Part shown: positions 51,520 through 59,346 of the stretch, piece by piece
How positions within the stretch are numbered: position 1 is the first letter of the stretch
Layout: each line of letters starts with the position of its first letter
Source of the DNA: an uncultured Gemmatimonadales bacterium
GTDB taxonomy: Bacteria > Gemmatimonadota > Gemmatimonadetes > Longimicrobiales > RSA9
Assembly (NCBI GenBank): GCA_963708135.1
Contig: OY970192.1
Coordinates: 3,328,001-3,392,000, forward strand
Direction of reading: 5' to 3'
DNA: 64,000 bases
Made by a program: the position numbers and the translations under genes
The notes under the pieces: generated by a model
Told to the model about the DNA's origin: nothing
The model's database searches: none
Seen by the model: the letters and a program-made list of their open reading frames with translations, nothing else

Positions 51520-51768
51520 CCCGCCCCGCGCCGCGCCCCCCACCTCCCCCGCACGGTCGCCTCGCCACCGCGGCACCGCCATGGCGGGATCGGCCGCCAG
51601 ACACCCGCCCCGCGCCGCGCCCCCCACCTCCCCCGCACGGTCGCCTCGCCACCGCGGCACCGCCATGGCGGGATCGGCCGCCAGACGCCCGCCCCGCGCC
51701 GCGCCCCCCACCTCCCCCGCGCACGGTCGCCTCGCCGCCGGGGCGCCGCCATGCCTGGATCGGCCGAC
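51520..51768 (+). repeat. 84-bp tandem repeat, 3 units
   Basis: Units start at 51520, 51604 and 51688 (CCCGCCCCGCGCCGCGCCCCCCACCTCCCCCGC...). Confidence 0.9.
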
Positions 51769-51993
51769 GTGTGCTGACCGAGCGCCGCGTCCGGCGAGAG
51801 AAAGCCGGGGCACCTCGTGGAGGCAGGGTCACCGTGGACGCGCGCCCGGGCGTCTCCAGGCGTCCCGGAGGGTGGGGGTTGACGCCGGCGGTGGCGTCCT
51901 GAGGCGACCTCGCCCACATTCTGGCGTCCGTGGGCAGGACCTTGGCCCGCAACGATCGTCGTCGGCCTCAACGATCCATGAAAGGCGCACCCG

Positions 51994-53514
51994 ATGGCGC
52001 ATGCGAGCACCGAGCGCTTCACACGGAGCCGATCCGTGCAACGTCCCATCGCACCGTCCGCGCGGGCGCTGCACCCGGTCGGCGCACGCCGGATCCTCGC
52101 CGTCGGCGCACGCCGGCTGCCCGCGCTCGGCGCACGCCGGCTGGTTCCGCTCGGCGCACGGCGGCTCCTCGTCCGCGCACGCCGGCTGGTTCCGCTCGGC
52201 TCACGCCGGCTGCTCGCGCTCGGCGCAGCGCGGCTGGTTCCGGTCGCCGCACGGCGACTCCTCGCCCTGGGCGCGCGCCGGCTCCTCGCCCTCGACACAC
52301 GCCGGCTGCTCCTACTCGGCGCGCGGCGGCTGCTCCCGCTCGGCGCGCTCGGAATCCTCGCCGCCTGCTCGCTGCCGGCCAGTCGCGGCGGCGCGGTTCC
52401 GGCGGAATCCGCGGCCCGGCGGGCGCTGGCGGATGCGGACACGCTGCGCGTGCGCGATGTGGCACCGGGCGTCCGCTACGTCTACGCGTGGCGGTCCACC
52501 GGGCCGTGGGGCATCAACGTGCTGGAGGTGGACGGACGCGTCTGCGCGGCCGACTGGGAGGCCAGGAAGATGCCGGGGGTGGACTCGCGTGCCACCACCT
52601 CCTCCCTCGGCGCCGGCGATCTGGCCGCCGTCAACGGGGATTTCTTCGCGATCCCGGCGGGCACACCGGTGAACGCCTTCGTGCACGAGGGGCTGCCGTG
52701 GATCGGCCCGTCGTCGTGGCCGGCGTGGATCCTGACGGGAAGGCGCGCGACGATCGGGACGCCGGGCTTTCGCGGCGGAATCGTCGCCGGAGGCGACACG
52801 CTCCGCCTCAGCTCGCTCAACCGGGCACCTGTACGGACCACCGCCTACCACCCGGCTCCCGATGGGGCGACGCTGTTCACCACGCGCGTCGGGAAGGCGA
52901 CGCTCGGCGATTCCGCCGCCACGCTGCTGTGGCTGGACGACGCGGCCGGCGACGAGCGCGCCGGCGGCGGGCGGAGCGCCGCGACCGAGGCACTGCCGGC
53001 GGCCGAAGACACCGCGGCGCGGCGCGCGGACGTGCCCGCCGGCCGCGCCCTGCTCGTGCTGCGCGGCGGCTCCCGCGCGTGGGCGAAGCGGCATCGCCCG
53101 GGCGAGCGCGTACGCTGGTGGACCGCCGTGCTCTCTCCCGCCGGCGACGTCGCCCGGGAGGTGGTGGGCGGGTTCCCGGTGCTGCTCCGGAACGGCCAGC
53201 CCGTCGAGCACGGCGGCGAGGTGCGTCCATCCTTCGGCGAAACGAGGCATCCCCGCTCCGCCATCGGCTGGAGCGCGGACGGAACGCGGACGTTCCTCGT
53301 CGTCGTCGATGGCCGGCAGGAGTCCTACAGCGGCATGTCGCTTCCCGAGCTCGCCGCGCTGATGCGCGAGCTGGGCGCGGCCGAGGCACTGAACCTCGAC
53401 GGCGGCGGCTCCTCGGCCATGGTGGTGCGGGGCTCGGTCGTGAGCCACCCGTCCGACAGGGACGGCGAGCGGCCGGTGGGCGACGCCCTGGCGCTCGCCG
53501 GGTGCGCGCGCTGA
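51994..53514 (+). CDS. Phosphodiester glycosidase (NAGPA-domain) lipoprotein with a repetitive N-terminus
   Basis: AVNGDFF, RHPRSAIG, VVVDGRQ, ALNLDGGGSS; lipobox-like LAAC after xGARRLxx repeats; start uncertain. Confidence 0.85.
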   Translation: MAHASTERFTRSRSVQRPIAPSARALHPVGARRILAVGARRLPALGARRLVPLGARRLLVRARRLVPLGSRRLLALGAARLVPVAARRLLALGARRLLALDTRRLLLLGARRLLPLGALGILAACSLPASRGGAVPAESAARRALADADTLRVRDVAPGVRYVYAWRSTGPWGINVLEVDGRVCAADWEARKMPGVDSRATTSSLGAGDLAAVNGDFFAIPAGTPVNAFVHEGLPWIGPSSWPAWILTGRRATIGTPGFRGGIVAGGDTLRLSSLNRAPVRTTAYHPAPDGATLFTTRVGKATLGDSAATLLWLDDAAGDERAGGGRSAATEALPAAEDTAARRADVPAGRALLVLRGGSRAWAKRHRPGERVRWWTAVLSPAGDVAREVVGGFPVLLRNGQPVEHGGEVRPSFGETRHPRSAIGWSADGTRTFLVVVDGRQESYSGMSLPELAALMRELGAAEALNLDGGGSSAMVVRGSVVSHPSDRDGERPVGDALALAGCAR

Positions 53515-53613
53515 GCCGCGGCCCGCCTCGCCGCGGAAGCCGCGTGGCGCCCGCCGCACCGAGCAACCCCGACTGGATGACCCGGAGCGACGCTGCCGTG
53601 GCGACTCTGCCAG

Positions 53614-54093
53614 CTACGGCAACAGTACCGTGCCCGCTGACACGGGATTCTTGGGCACGTCCAGGAATGTGGGCTCCACCTCGATGGCATACTCGCCCGA
53701 CTTGATCGTGTCGCCGAGAATCATCTGCAGCGGAACTGTCGCAGTAAATGCGCTCGACTGCTTCGGCTCGAGCCTCTCCGATTTCAATCCTGCGCCGCAC
53801 ACCGCATTAGCGTACGCAACTCCAGCATCCCAAACGAGACCAGCGCCGCCTTCCGGCGTCTCGTATATTCGCACAAGCACGGGATCCGTCGGGCAGAGGC
53901 CAAACTCGAGGCTGACGGTGGAGCCGCCCAGGTTCGTCGCAGTCAACGTCGCTCGAAGGGCAGGCGGGGGTCCCGGCACCACCACTGCATGCGCGGAAAA
54001 ACTCACGCTATCCAAACCGCTCACCTCCGTGCCCCTCGAGCACGCCGTGAAGGCAGCCAGCAGCACGGCCGTCAGGCGAAACGCGGCACGCAT
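53614..54093 (-). CDS. Hypothetical lipoprotein, lower GC
   Basis: GGAGG RBS; MRAAFRLTAVLLAAFTAC lipobox; Ig-like beta pattern. Confidence 0.7.
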   Translation of the reverse strand: MRAAFRLTAVLLAAFTACSRGTEVSGLDSVSFSAHAVVVPGPPPALRATLTATNLGGSTVSLEFGLCPTDPVLVRIYETPEGGAGLVWDAGVAYANAVCGAGLKSERLEPKQSSAFTATVPLQMILGDTIKSGEYAIEVEPTFLDVPKNPVSAGTVLLP

Positions 54094-54209
54094 AGTGCCC
54101 CCTCCGACTATCAGTAATCCTGCATGGTGACATCGGTTCGGCCGCTCCATCTGAAAACGGCCGAACCGCTGTACTCCAGCGCCAACCCCTGCTTGGACCT
54201 CATCATAGC

Positions 54210-54318
54210 AGAGGAGCCTGCCCCGGCGGCCCGGACGCGTCGAGAGGTCCGCCGTCCACGCCTGCGCGTCCCTGGCGGTGATGCTCGAAGGGTCCCTCCT
54301 CGTGCCGAAGAACGCCAC
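54210..54318 (-). pseudogene. Possible tyrosine-integrase core-binding-domain remnant
   Basis: AFFGTRRDPSSITARDAQAWTADL resembles the integrase FG...L..IT..DVQ.W pattern and lies just downstream of a tRNA 3' end. Confidence 0.35.
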
Positions 54319-54369
54319 CGCCGGGTTACCTTACACGGAACGTTACAACGCCCAAACCGCGTCTGCCGG

Positions 54370-54408
54370 AAATACGAAATCCCTACCAGGCAAGTCCTGG
54401 TAGGGATT
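54370..54408 (-). terminator. Intrinsic terminator of the tRNA-rnpB-tRNA operon
   Basis: 13-bp stem AATCCCTACCAGG/CCTGGTAGGGATT, 5-nt loop, followed by TCGTATTT on the minus strand. Confidence 0.7.
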
Positions 54409-54419
54409 CCGTTTACACA

Positions 54420-54493
54420 TGCGCCCGACAGGATTCGAACCTGTGACCTCGTGCTCCGGAGGCACGCGCTCTATCCAACTGAGCTACGGGCGC
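54420..54493 (-). tRNA. trnR: tRNA-Arg (CCG)
   Basis: GCGCCCGTAGCTCAGTTGGATAGAGC...CGTGC-CTCCGGA-GCACG...GGTTCGAATCC...CGGGCGCA; CCA not encoded. Confidence 0.97.
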
Positions 54494-54505
54494 GAACAAA
54501 GGGGC

Positions 54506-54911
54506 GGACGGGAAGCGCGATAAGCCGAGTCCTGTCGCCGGCGCCGTCGCCTGAAGGCGAGCCGCCGGGGCGGATCATTTCTCTGGGACGGCGGTTGCCC
54601 GCCGCCTCGAGCGGCCTACCCGGGACTTCCAGCAGCCTTTCGGCTGCGACGGCGCGGGCCGCGCCTCATCCCTGCTTGGCCTTGCTCCGGGTGGGGTTTG
54701 CCGTGCCGCCTCCGTCGCCGGAGACGCGGTGGGCTCTTACCCCACCGTTTCACCCTTGCCTGTGCCCCCGAGGGGGCCATCGGCGGTCTGTTCTCTGTGG
54801 CACTTTCCGTCGTGTCGCCACGCCCGGCCGTTAGCCGGCACCCTGCCCTGCGGAGCTCGGACTTTCCTCGACCGCCGCATCGGCGGCCGCGATCCGCTGC
54901 GCTTCCCGTCC
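54506..54911 (-). ncRNA. rnpB: RNase P RNA (type A)
   Basis: GAGGAAAGTCCGAGC, GGAAAGTGCCACAGA, GGGTGAAACGG, GGCAAACCCC, ACAGGACTCGGCTTAT; P1 pairing of GGACGGGAAGCGC with GCGCTTCCCGTCC. Confidence 0.97.
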
Positions 54912-54924
54912 TGTCAAACAGCAG

Positions 54925-54998
54925 CGCGCCCGAGAGGACTCGAACCTCTAACCTTCTGATCCGTAGTCAGATGCTCTATCCAATTGAGCTACGGGCGC
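54925..54998 (-). tRNA. trnR: tRNA-Arg (ACG)
   Basis: GCGCCCGTAGCTCAATTGGATAGAGCATCTGA-CTACGGA-TCAGA...GGTTCGAGTCC...CGGGCGCG; CCA not encoded. Confidence 0.97.
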
Positions 54999-55135
54999 TT
55001 GTGTGGAGCGGGCGACGCCCCCCGCCTCCGGACCCCCCGCCCCCCCGCCCCCCTTAGACGCGAAACCCCGCGGTCCGGCGTCCATGCTGCTCGACGCTCC
55101 GCGAGGCTGCGGGGGTTGCTCGTTCCAACCGTGAA

Positions 55136-55164
55136 AAGTTATCCGGGGAGAGGGGCCATGTCAA
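55136..55164 (-). promoter_or_regulatory. Sigma70-type promoter for the stable-RNA operon
   Basis: TTGACA (55164-55159), 17 bp spacer, TAACTT (55141-55136). Confidence 0.75.
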
Positions 55165-55468
55165 GGTGCGGACGCCCTCGACAGGGAGTGGGTGAACCGC
55201 CGGGCGGACGCACGTTTCCGGGCCGCGGAAACATCCCCGCGACCGCCATCCGGGCGGGGGACCGGGCGACGTGCCGGGCCACGAGCGCCTCCGAGCCAGG
55301 CGCCCCTCGCGGCTACCGCCGCCCTCTGTAGAACGTCGGGAGGCGCGGCGGGAGGCGCGGCGGCCGCGAGCGCTCCAGGCCGATGCACGCGCGGCCACCG
55401 CAATCGTCGCCCGGTCCCCCACTCCCCCACTCCTCCACTCTGGTGGGGAGATGGAGCGGCGGCGACGC

Positions 55469-55900
55469 CTACGGCTCCGGCTCGGAGATCTCCTCCACGA
55501 GCTCGCCGACATCACTGCCGCCGTCGCGCTCGAGGGCCACGTCGGCCTGGGCGATCATGCCGACCAGGCGGTCGCCGTCCTCGACCACGGGGACGCGGCG
55601 CACCCTGTCGCGCTCCATGGAGCGCAGGACCTCGGAGAGGTCGGCGTCCGGCCGAACGCAGGTCAGCCGCTCGGTCGTCATGTGGTCACCCACACGGCAG
55701 TCGTCCGTGTGCCGCTCCGCCGTGTGCCGGATCGCCAGGTCGCGGTCGGTGATGATGCCCCGCAGGTGCATCCCGGTCCGGTCGTCGACCACCGGGATGG
55801 CGCCGCAGTCGTTCTCGCGCATGAGCTGCGCGGCTCGGCTGACGGTATCGTCCGGGGTGAGGCATGCCGGGTCGCCGGTCATGATCTCGCGCGCCTTCAT
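55469..55900 (-). CDS. CBS-domain pair protein
   Basis: AAGGAG RBS; MKAREIMT, GAIPVV, GIITDRD, RRVPVV, LVGMIAQAD. Confidence 0.92.
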   Translation of the reverse strand: MKAREIMTGDPACLTPDDTVSRAAQLMRENDCGAIPVVDDRTGMHLRGIITDRDLAIRHTAERHTDDCRVGDHMTTERLTCVRPDADLSEVLRSMERDRVRRVPVVEDGDRLVGMIAQADVALERDGGSDVGELVEEISEPEP

Positions 55901-56007
55901 GGGCTGGCTCCTTCCGTTCTGTGAGGCGGATCCGTCCGGGCGGGCACCGGCGCCCACCCGTGCCATGAAGCGTGCAACTCGTGTGCCTGCAATCAATTAG
56001 CAGCCCA

Positions 56008-56193
56008 TCATCCGACGAGCTGATCCGGCGGCGTGGGCAGCTGCGTCGCGGGGTCCTTGCAGTCGACCTCGGCGCCCGCCGGGTGATAGCGCAGGCACTC
56101 GGGGCAGGGCTCCCACTCCTCGCCCTGCTCCACGGCCCGCTTCGCGATCCGCCTCCAGCGCTTCTCGGATTCCGTCAGTGTGGTCAGTCCCAT
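56008..56193 (-). CDS. Small hypothetical protein with CxxC-x3-H-x7-C (possible Zn finger)
   Basis: AAAGGAAGG RBS before the ATG at 56193; 61 aa; CPECLRYHPAGAEVDC. Confidence 0.6.
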   Translation of the reverse strand: MGLTTLTESEKRWRRIAKRAVEQGEEWEPCPECLRYHPAGAEVDCKDPATQLPTPPDQLVG

Positions 56194-56347
56194 GGGCCTT
56201 CCTTTCGTCGGCTCGAGGATGGCTTGACTACTTGTGTATGCCTCGGGCGGCGGATGGGTCCCCGGGGTACGGGTACGGATTCGGGTGCGGGTGCGGGTGC
56301 GGGTGCGGGGCCGGGTTCGGGATGCGGCGGGCAGTGGCGCGGCGCAA

Positions 56348-56526
56348 CGAGCGAAAACGGGGAATGGAGCCCGCCGCCGGCGCCGGAATCGCGATTCTGC
56401 TCGGTATCCGAGAGGAAACGCGCAGCGGCCGCGCCGGCGACGTCGCCGGATCCCACTTCTGCTCGGTATCCGAGACGAATCGGCGGACGGACGGCCCGCG
56501 CGACCTCGGCTGCGCGATTCTGCTCG
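56348..56526 (+). repeat. 179-bp triple-palindrome dispersed element, family B, copy 2
   Basis: CGAG arms at 56348, 56409, 56471; TTCTGCTCG arms at 56395, 56457, 56518; GTATC linkers. Confidence 0.85.
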
Positions 56527-56615
56527 CCTTCCGCCGAACACCCAGCCCGCCCTCACCGCACCCCCCAATCCCGCGCCGCGCATCCCGAGCGCCTCGCGCC
56601 TACCGCCCGGAGCGT

Positions 56616-57797
56616 CTAGAACGCCGAAAACCCGGTCAGGTCCTGCCCCAGCACGAGGGTGTGGATGTCGTGCGTGCCCTCGTAGGTGTAGACGGACTCG
56701 AGGTTGGCCATGTGGCGCATGGCGGAGTACTCGACGAGGATGCCGTTGGCGCCGAGCAGGCGGCGGGCCTCGCGGGCGACGTCGCAGGCCATGTCGCAGT
56801 TGGCGCGCTTGGCGAGGGAGACCTGCTGGGGGCGCATGGTGCCGCGGTCCTTGAGGCGCCCGAGCTGGAGGCAGAGGAGCTGGGCCTGCGTGATGCCGGT
56901 GAGCATCTCGGCCAGGCGCGCCTGCTGGAGCTGCTTGGCGCCGATCGGCGTGCCGAACATGACGCGCTCCTTCGCGTAGCGGACCGCCTCGTCGAGGCAG
57001 CCCATGGCGGCGCCGACGACGCCGAAGGCGATGCCGTAGCGCGCCTGCGTCAGGCACATGAGCGGGCTCTTGAGGCCGCCGGAGGAGGGCAGCAGCGCGT
57101 CGGGGCCGACGCGCACGTCCTGGAGCGCGAGCTCGCTCGTGTCGGAGGCCAGGAGCGAGAGCTTGCCCTTCTGGTCGCGGGCCTCGAAGCCGGGGGTGTC
57201 GGTCGGCACGATGAAGCCGCGGATGGAGGCCTGGTCGTCCAGCTCCCCGGTCTTGGCCCAGACGATGGCGATGTCGGCCATGGAGCCGTTGGTGATCCAC
57301 ATCTTGGCGCCGTTCAGCACCCAGCCCTCGCCGTCCTTCCGGGCGGTGGTGATCATCCCGGCCGGGTTGGAGCCGAAGTCCGGCTCCGTCAGCCCGAAGC
57401 AGCCGATCACCCTGCCCGCGGCCATGTCGGGCAGGTAGGCGCGCTTCTGCTCCTCGCTGCCAAAGGCGTGGATCGGGTACATGCACAGCGCGCCCTGCAC
57501 GGAGGCGAAGGAGCGGAGCCCGGAGTCGCCGCGCTCGAGCTCCTGCATGATGAGCCCGTAGGCGACGTTGTTCAGCCCCGCGCACCCGTACTCCTCGGGC
57601 AGGTTCGCGCCGAGCAGCCCCAGCTCGCCCATCTGCGGGATGAGCTCGGTGGGGAAGTGCCGGCCGATGTAGGCCTCCTCGATGACCGGCAGCACCTGCT
57701 CGTCCACCCAGGTCCGCACCGTGTCGCGCACCATGCGCTCCTCCTCGGAGAGGAGCGAGTCGAGATCGAAGTAGTCGATTCCGCTGAAGGCAGCCAT
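56616..57797 (-). CDS. gcdH: Acyl-CoA dehydrogenase (glutaryl-CoA dehydrogenase-like)
   Basis: ELERGDSGLRSF.SVQ, CFGLTEPDFGSNP, KMWITN, YTYEGTHDIH. Confidence 0.88.
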   Translation of the reverse strand: MAAFSGIDYFDLDSLLSEEERMVRDTVRTWVDEQVLPVIEEAYIGRHFPTELIPQMGELGLLGANLPEEYGCAGLNNVAYGLIMQELERGDSGLRSFASVQGALCMYPIHAFGSEEQKRAYLPDMAAGRVIGCFGLTEPDFGSNPAGMITTARKDGEGWVLNGAKMWITNGSMADIAIVWAKTGELDDQASIRGFIVPTDTPGFEARDQKGKLSLLASDTSELALQDVRVGPDALLPSSGGLKSPLMCLTQARYGIAFGVVGAAMGCLDEAVRYAKERVMFGTPIGAKQLQQARLAEMLTGITQAQLLCLQLGRLKDRGTMRPQQVSLAKRANCDMACDVAREARRLLGANGILVEYSAMRHMANLESVYTYEGTHDIHTLVLGQDLTGFSAF

Positions 57798-58016
57798 GTG
57801 AGCACCGCTGATCCGGTTGAGGTCGTTTCGAGGCCCCAAGTTAGCACCGCGCTCCGGGCCCCGCGAGGGGCGCTCCCCCTCCCGACGCACGGCCCCCGCC
57901 CGTGGTCCGGCGCGCCGGGATCGGACCGGGCTGTGGCGGGCCGCGCCCAATTGTCCGGGCACGGCGCCCCGGCTATCTTGCTGCCATCCACCCACCCTCA
58001 AAGCGTTGGAGTGACG

Positions 58017-58913
58017 ATGCCGAGGAACGCTCTCCCCCCCCGGATCCTGGTGCTGGCCGCGCTGCTGCTCTCGGCGGCGGCGTGCGAGTCGGCGAAGACG
58101 AAGCAGCAGATCGCGGATCTGCAGGCCGCCGCGTCCCAGACGGACAGCCTCATGTCGGAGGTGGCGACGAACGCGCGCATGATGAGCGAGATCGGCGCGG
58201 AGGTCGCGCGAGTGCAGGGGGCCCCGCTCGCGGGGCAGAGTGGCGAGCGGATCGCGACCCCGGCCAATCCAGACACGATCCTGGCGGGGATCCGTGTGCT
58301 GAGCGCGCGGCTGGACAGCACGCAGGCGGCGCTCACGCGCAGCGAGGCGCGGGCGAAGAAGCTGAGCGGACAGGAGGGCTCGCTGCGCCACTCGCTCGCC
58401 GATCTGCGCGCGGCCGTGACGAACCAGAAGGCGACGATCGCGGCGCTGACGGAGCAGATCGCGAGCCTGCAGCAGGAGAACACCCGCCTTTCGGGCGAGA
58501 ACACGAAGCTGGCGAGCACGAACCAGCAGCTCGGCGACACGGTCCAGGCGCTGTCGAAGCGGGCTGCAACCGTCTACTACGTGGTCGGCACGAAGGAGGA
58601 CCTGCTCCAGCACGGCATCGTGAAGGAGACCGGCGGCAGCCGCGTGCTCTTCATCTTCGGCAAGCGCGGCAAGGTGCTCGTCCCCGCAAGCGACATGGAC
58701 CCGAACTACTTCACGCCGGTCGACATGCGGACCACCATGGACATCCAGCTGCCGGACTCGACCCGCGCCTACAAGATCGTCACTCCGCAGGACCAGTCGG
58801 CGCTCTCGAACACGCCCGACGACAAGGGACGGTTCCACGGCGACGCCCTGCACATCACCGATGCGCAGCGCTTCTGGGCGAAGGGCCGCTACCTGATCCT
58901 GGTCGAGTCCTGA
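58017..58913 (+). CDS. Coiled-coil lipoprotein (Cbp1-like C-terminal domain possible)
   Basis: Lipobox-like AAAC, long heptad region, VYYVVGTKEDL...G..K..GG C-terminal domain. Confidence 0.75.
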   Translation: MPRNALPPRILVLAALLLSAAACESAKTKQQIADLQAAASQTDSLMSEVATNARMMSEIGAEVARVQGAPLAGQSGERIATPANPDTILAGIRVLSARLDSTQAALTRSEARAKKLSGQEGSLRHSLADLRAAVTNQKATIAALTEQIASLQQENTRLSGENTKLASTNQQLGDTVQALSKRAATVYYVVGTKEDLLQHGIVKETGGSRVLFIFGKRGKVLVPASDMDPNYFTPVDMRTTMDIQLPDSTRAYKIVTPQDQSALSNTPDDKGRFHGDALHITDAQRFWAKGRYLILVES

Positions 58914-59011
58914 CGCCACGGACGAGAGCCCGGCCGGCGCCGCACCGTCGTTCGGATTCGCGGCACACCGCCGGGTGAGCTCCGGCGTCCAGCTGCGGCC
59001 TGACGGTCGCG

Positions 59012-59190
59012 CGAGCAAAATCGCGCACTCGACGCATCCCGATCCGGCGGGATCCCGATCTGTCTCGGAAAGCGAGCAGGATCGGGGTCCCGTCGGGGCT
59101 CCGCCGCGCCCACTACGCCGTTCGTCTCGGATTCCGATCAAATTCGGGATCCCGTTGCCCGCGGCGGCCTCCATTCCTCGATCCTGCTCG
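59012..59190 (-). repeat. 179-bp triple-palindrome dispersed element, family B, copy 3
   Basis: Reverse complement is colinear with 56348-56526; arm copies at 59012, 59073, 59135 (61/62 spacing). Confidence 0.8.
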
Positions 59191-59346
59191 CGTTCTCACG
59201 CTCCGGCCAGCCACGTCCGCCCGGAGCCGGCGTTGGTGGCCACACGCCCGTCGCCGGTTGCGCGGCGACGAGCCTCCGCCACATCATGGTCCGCACCTGC
59301 CCATCCGCAGCACGCACGACTGCAACCCGCACGCACGGAGGCCGAC

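Noticed and set aside
55055..55130. SRP (4.5S) RNA
   Set aside because: AGCAGC is present but the CAGG...GGAA tetraloop domain IV signature is absent.
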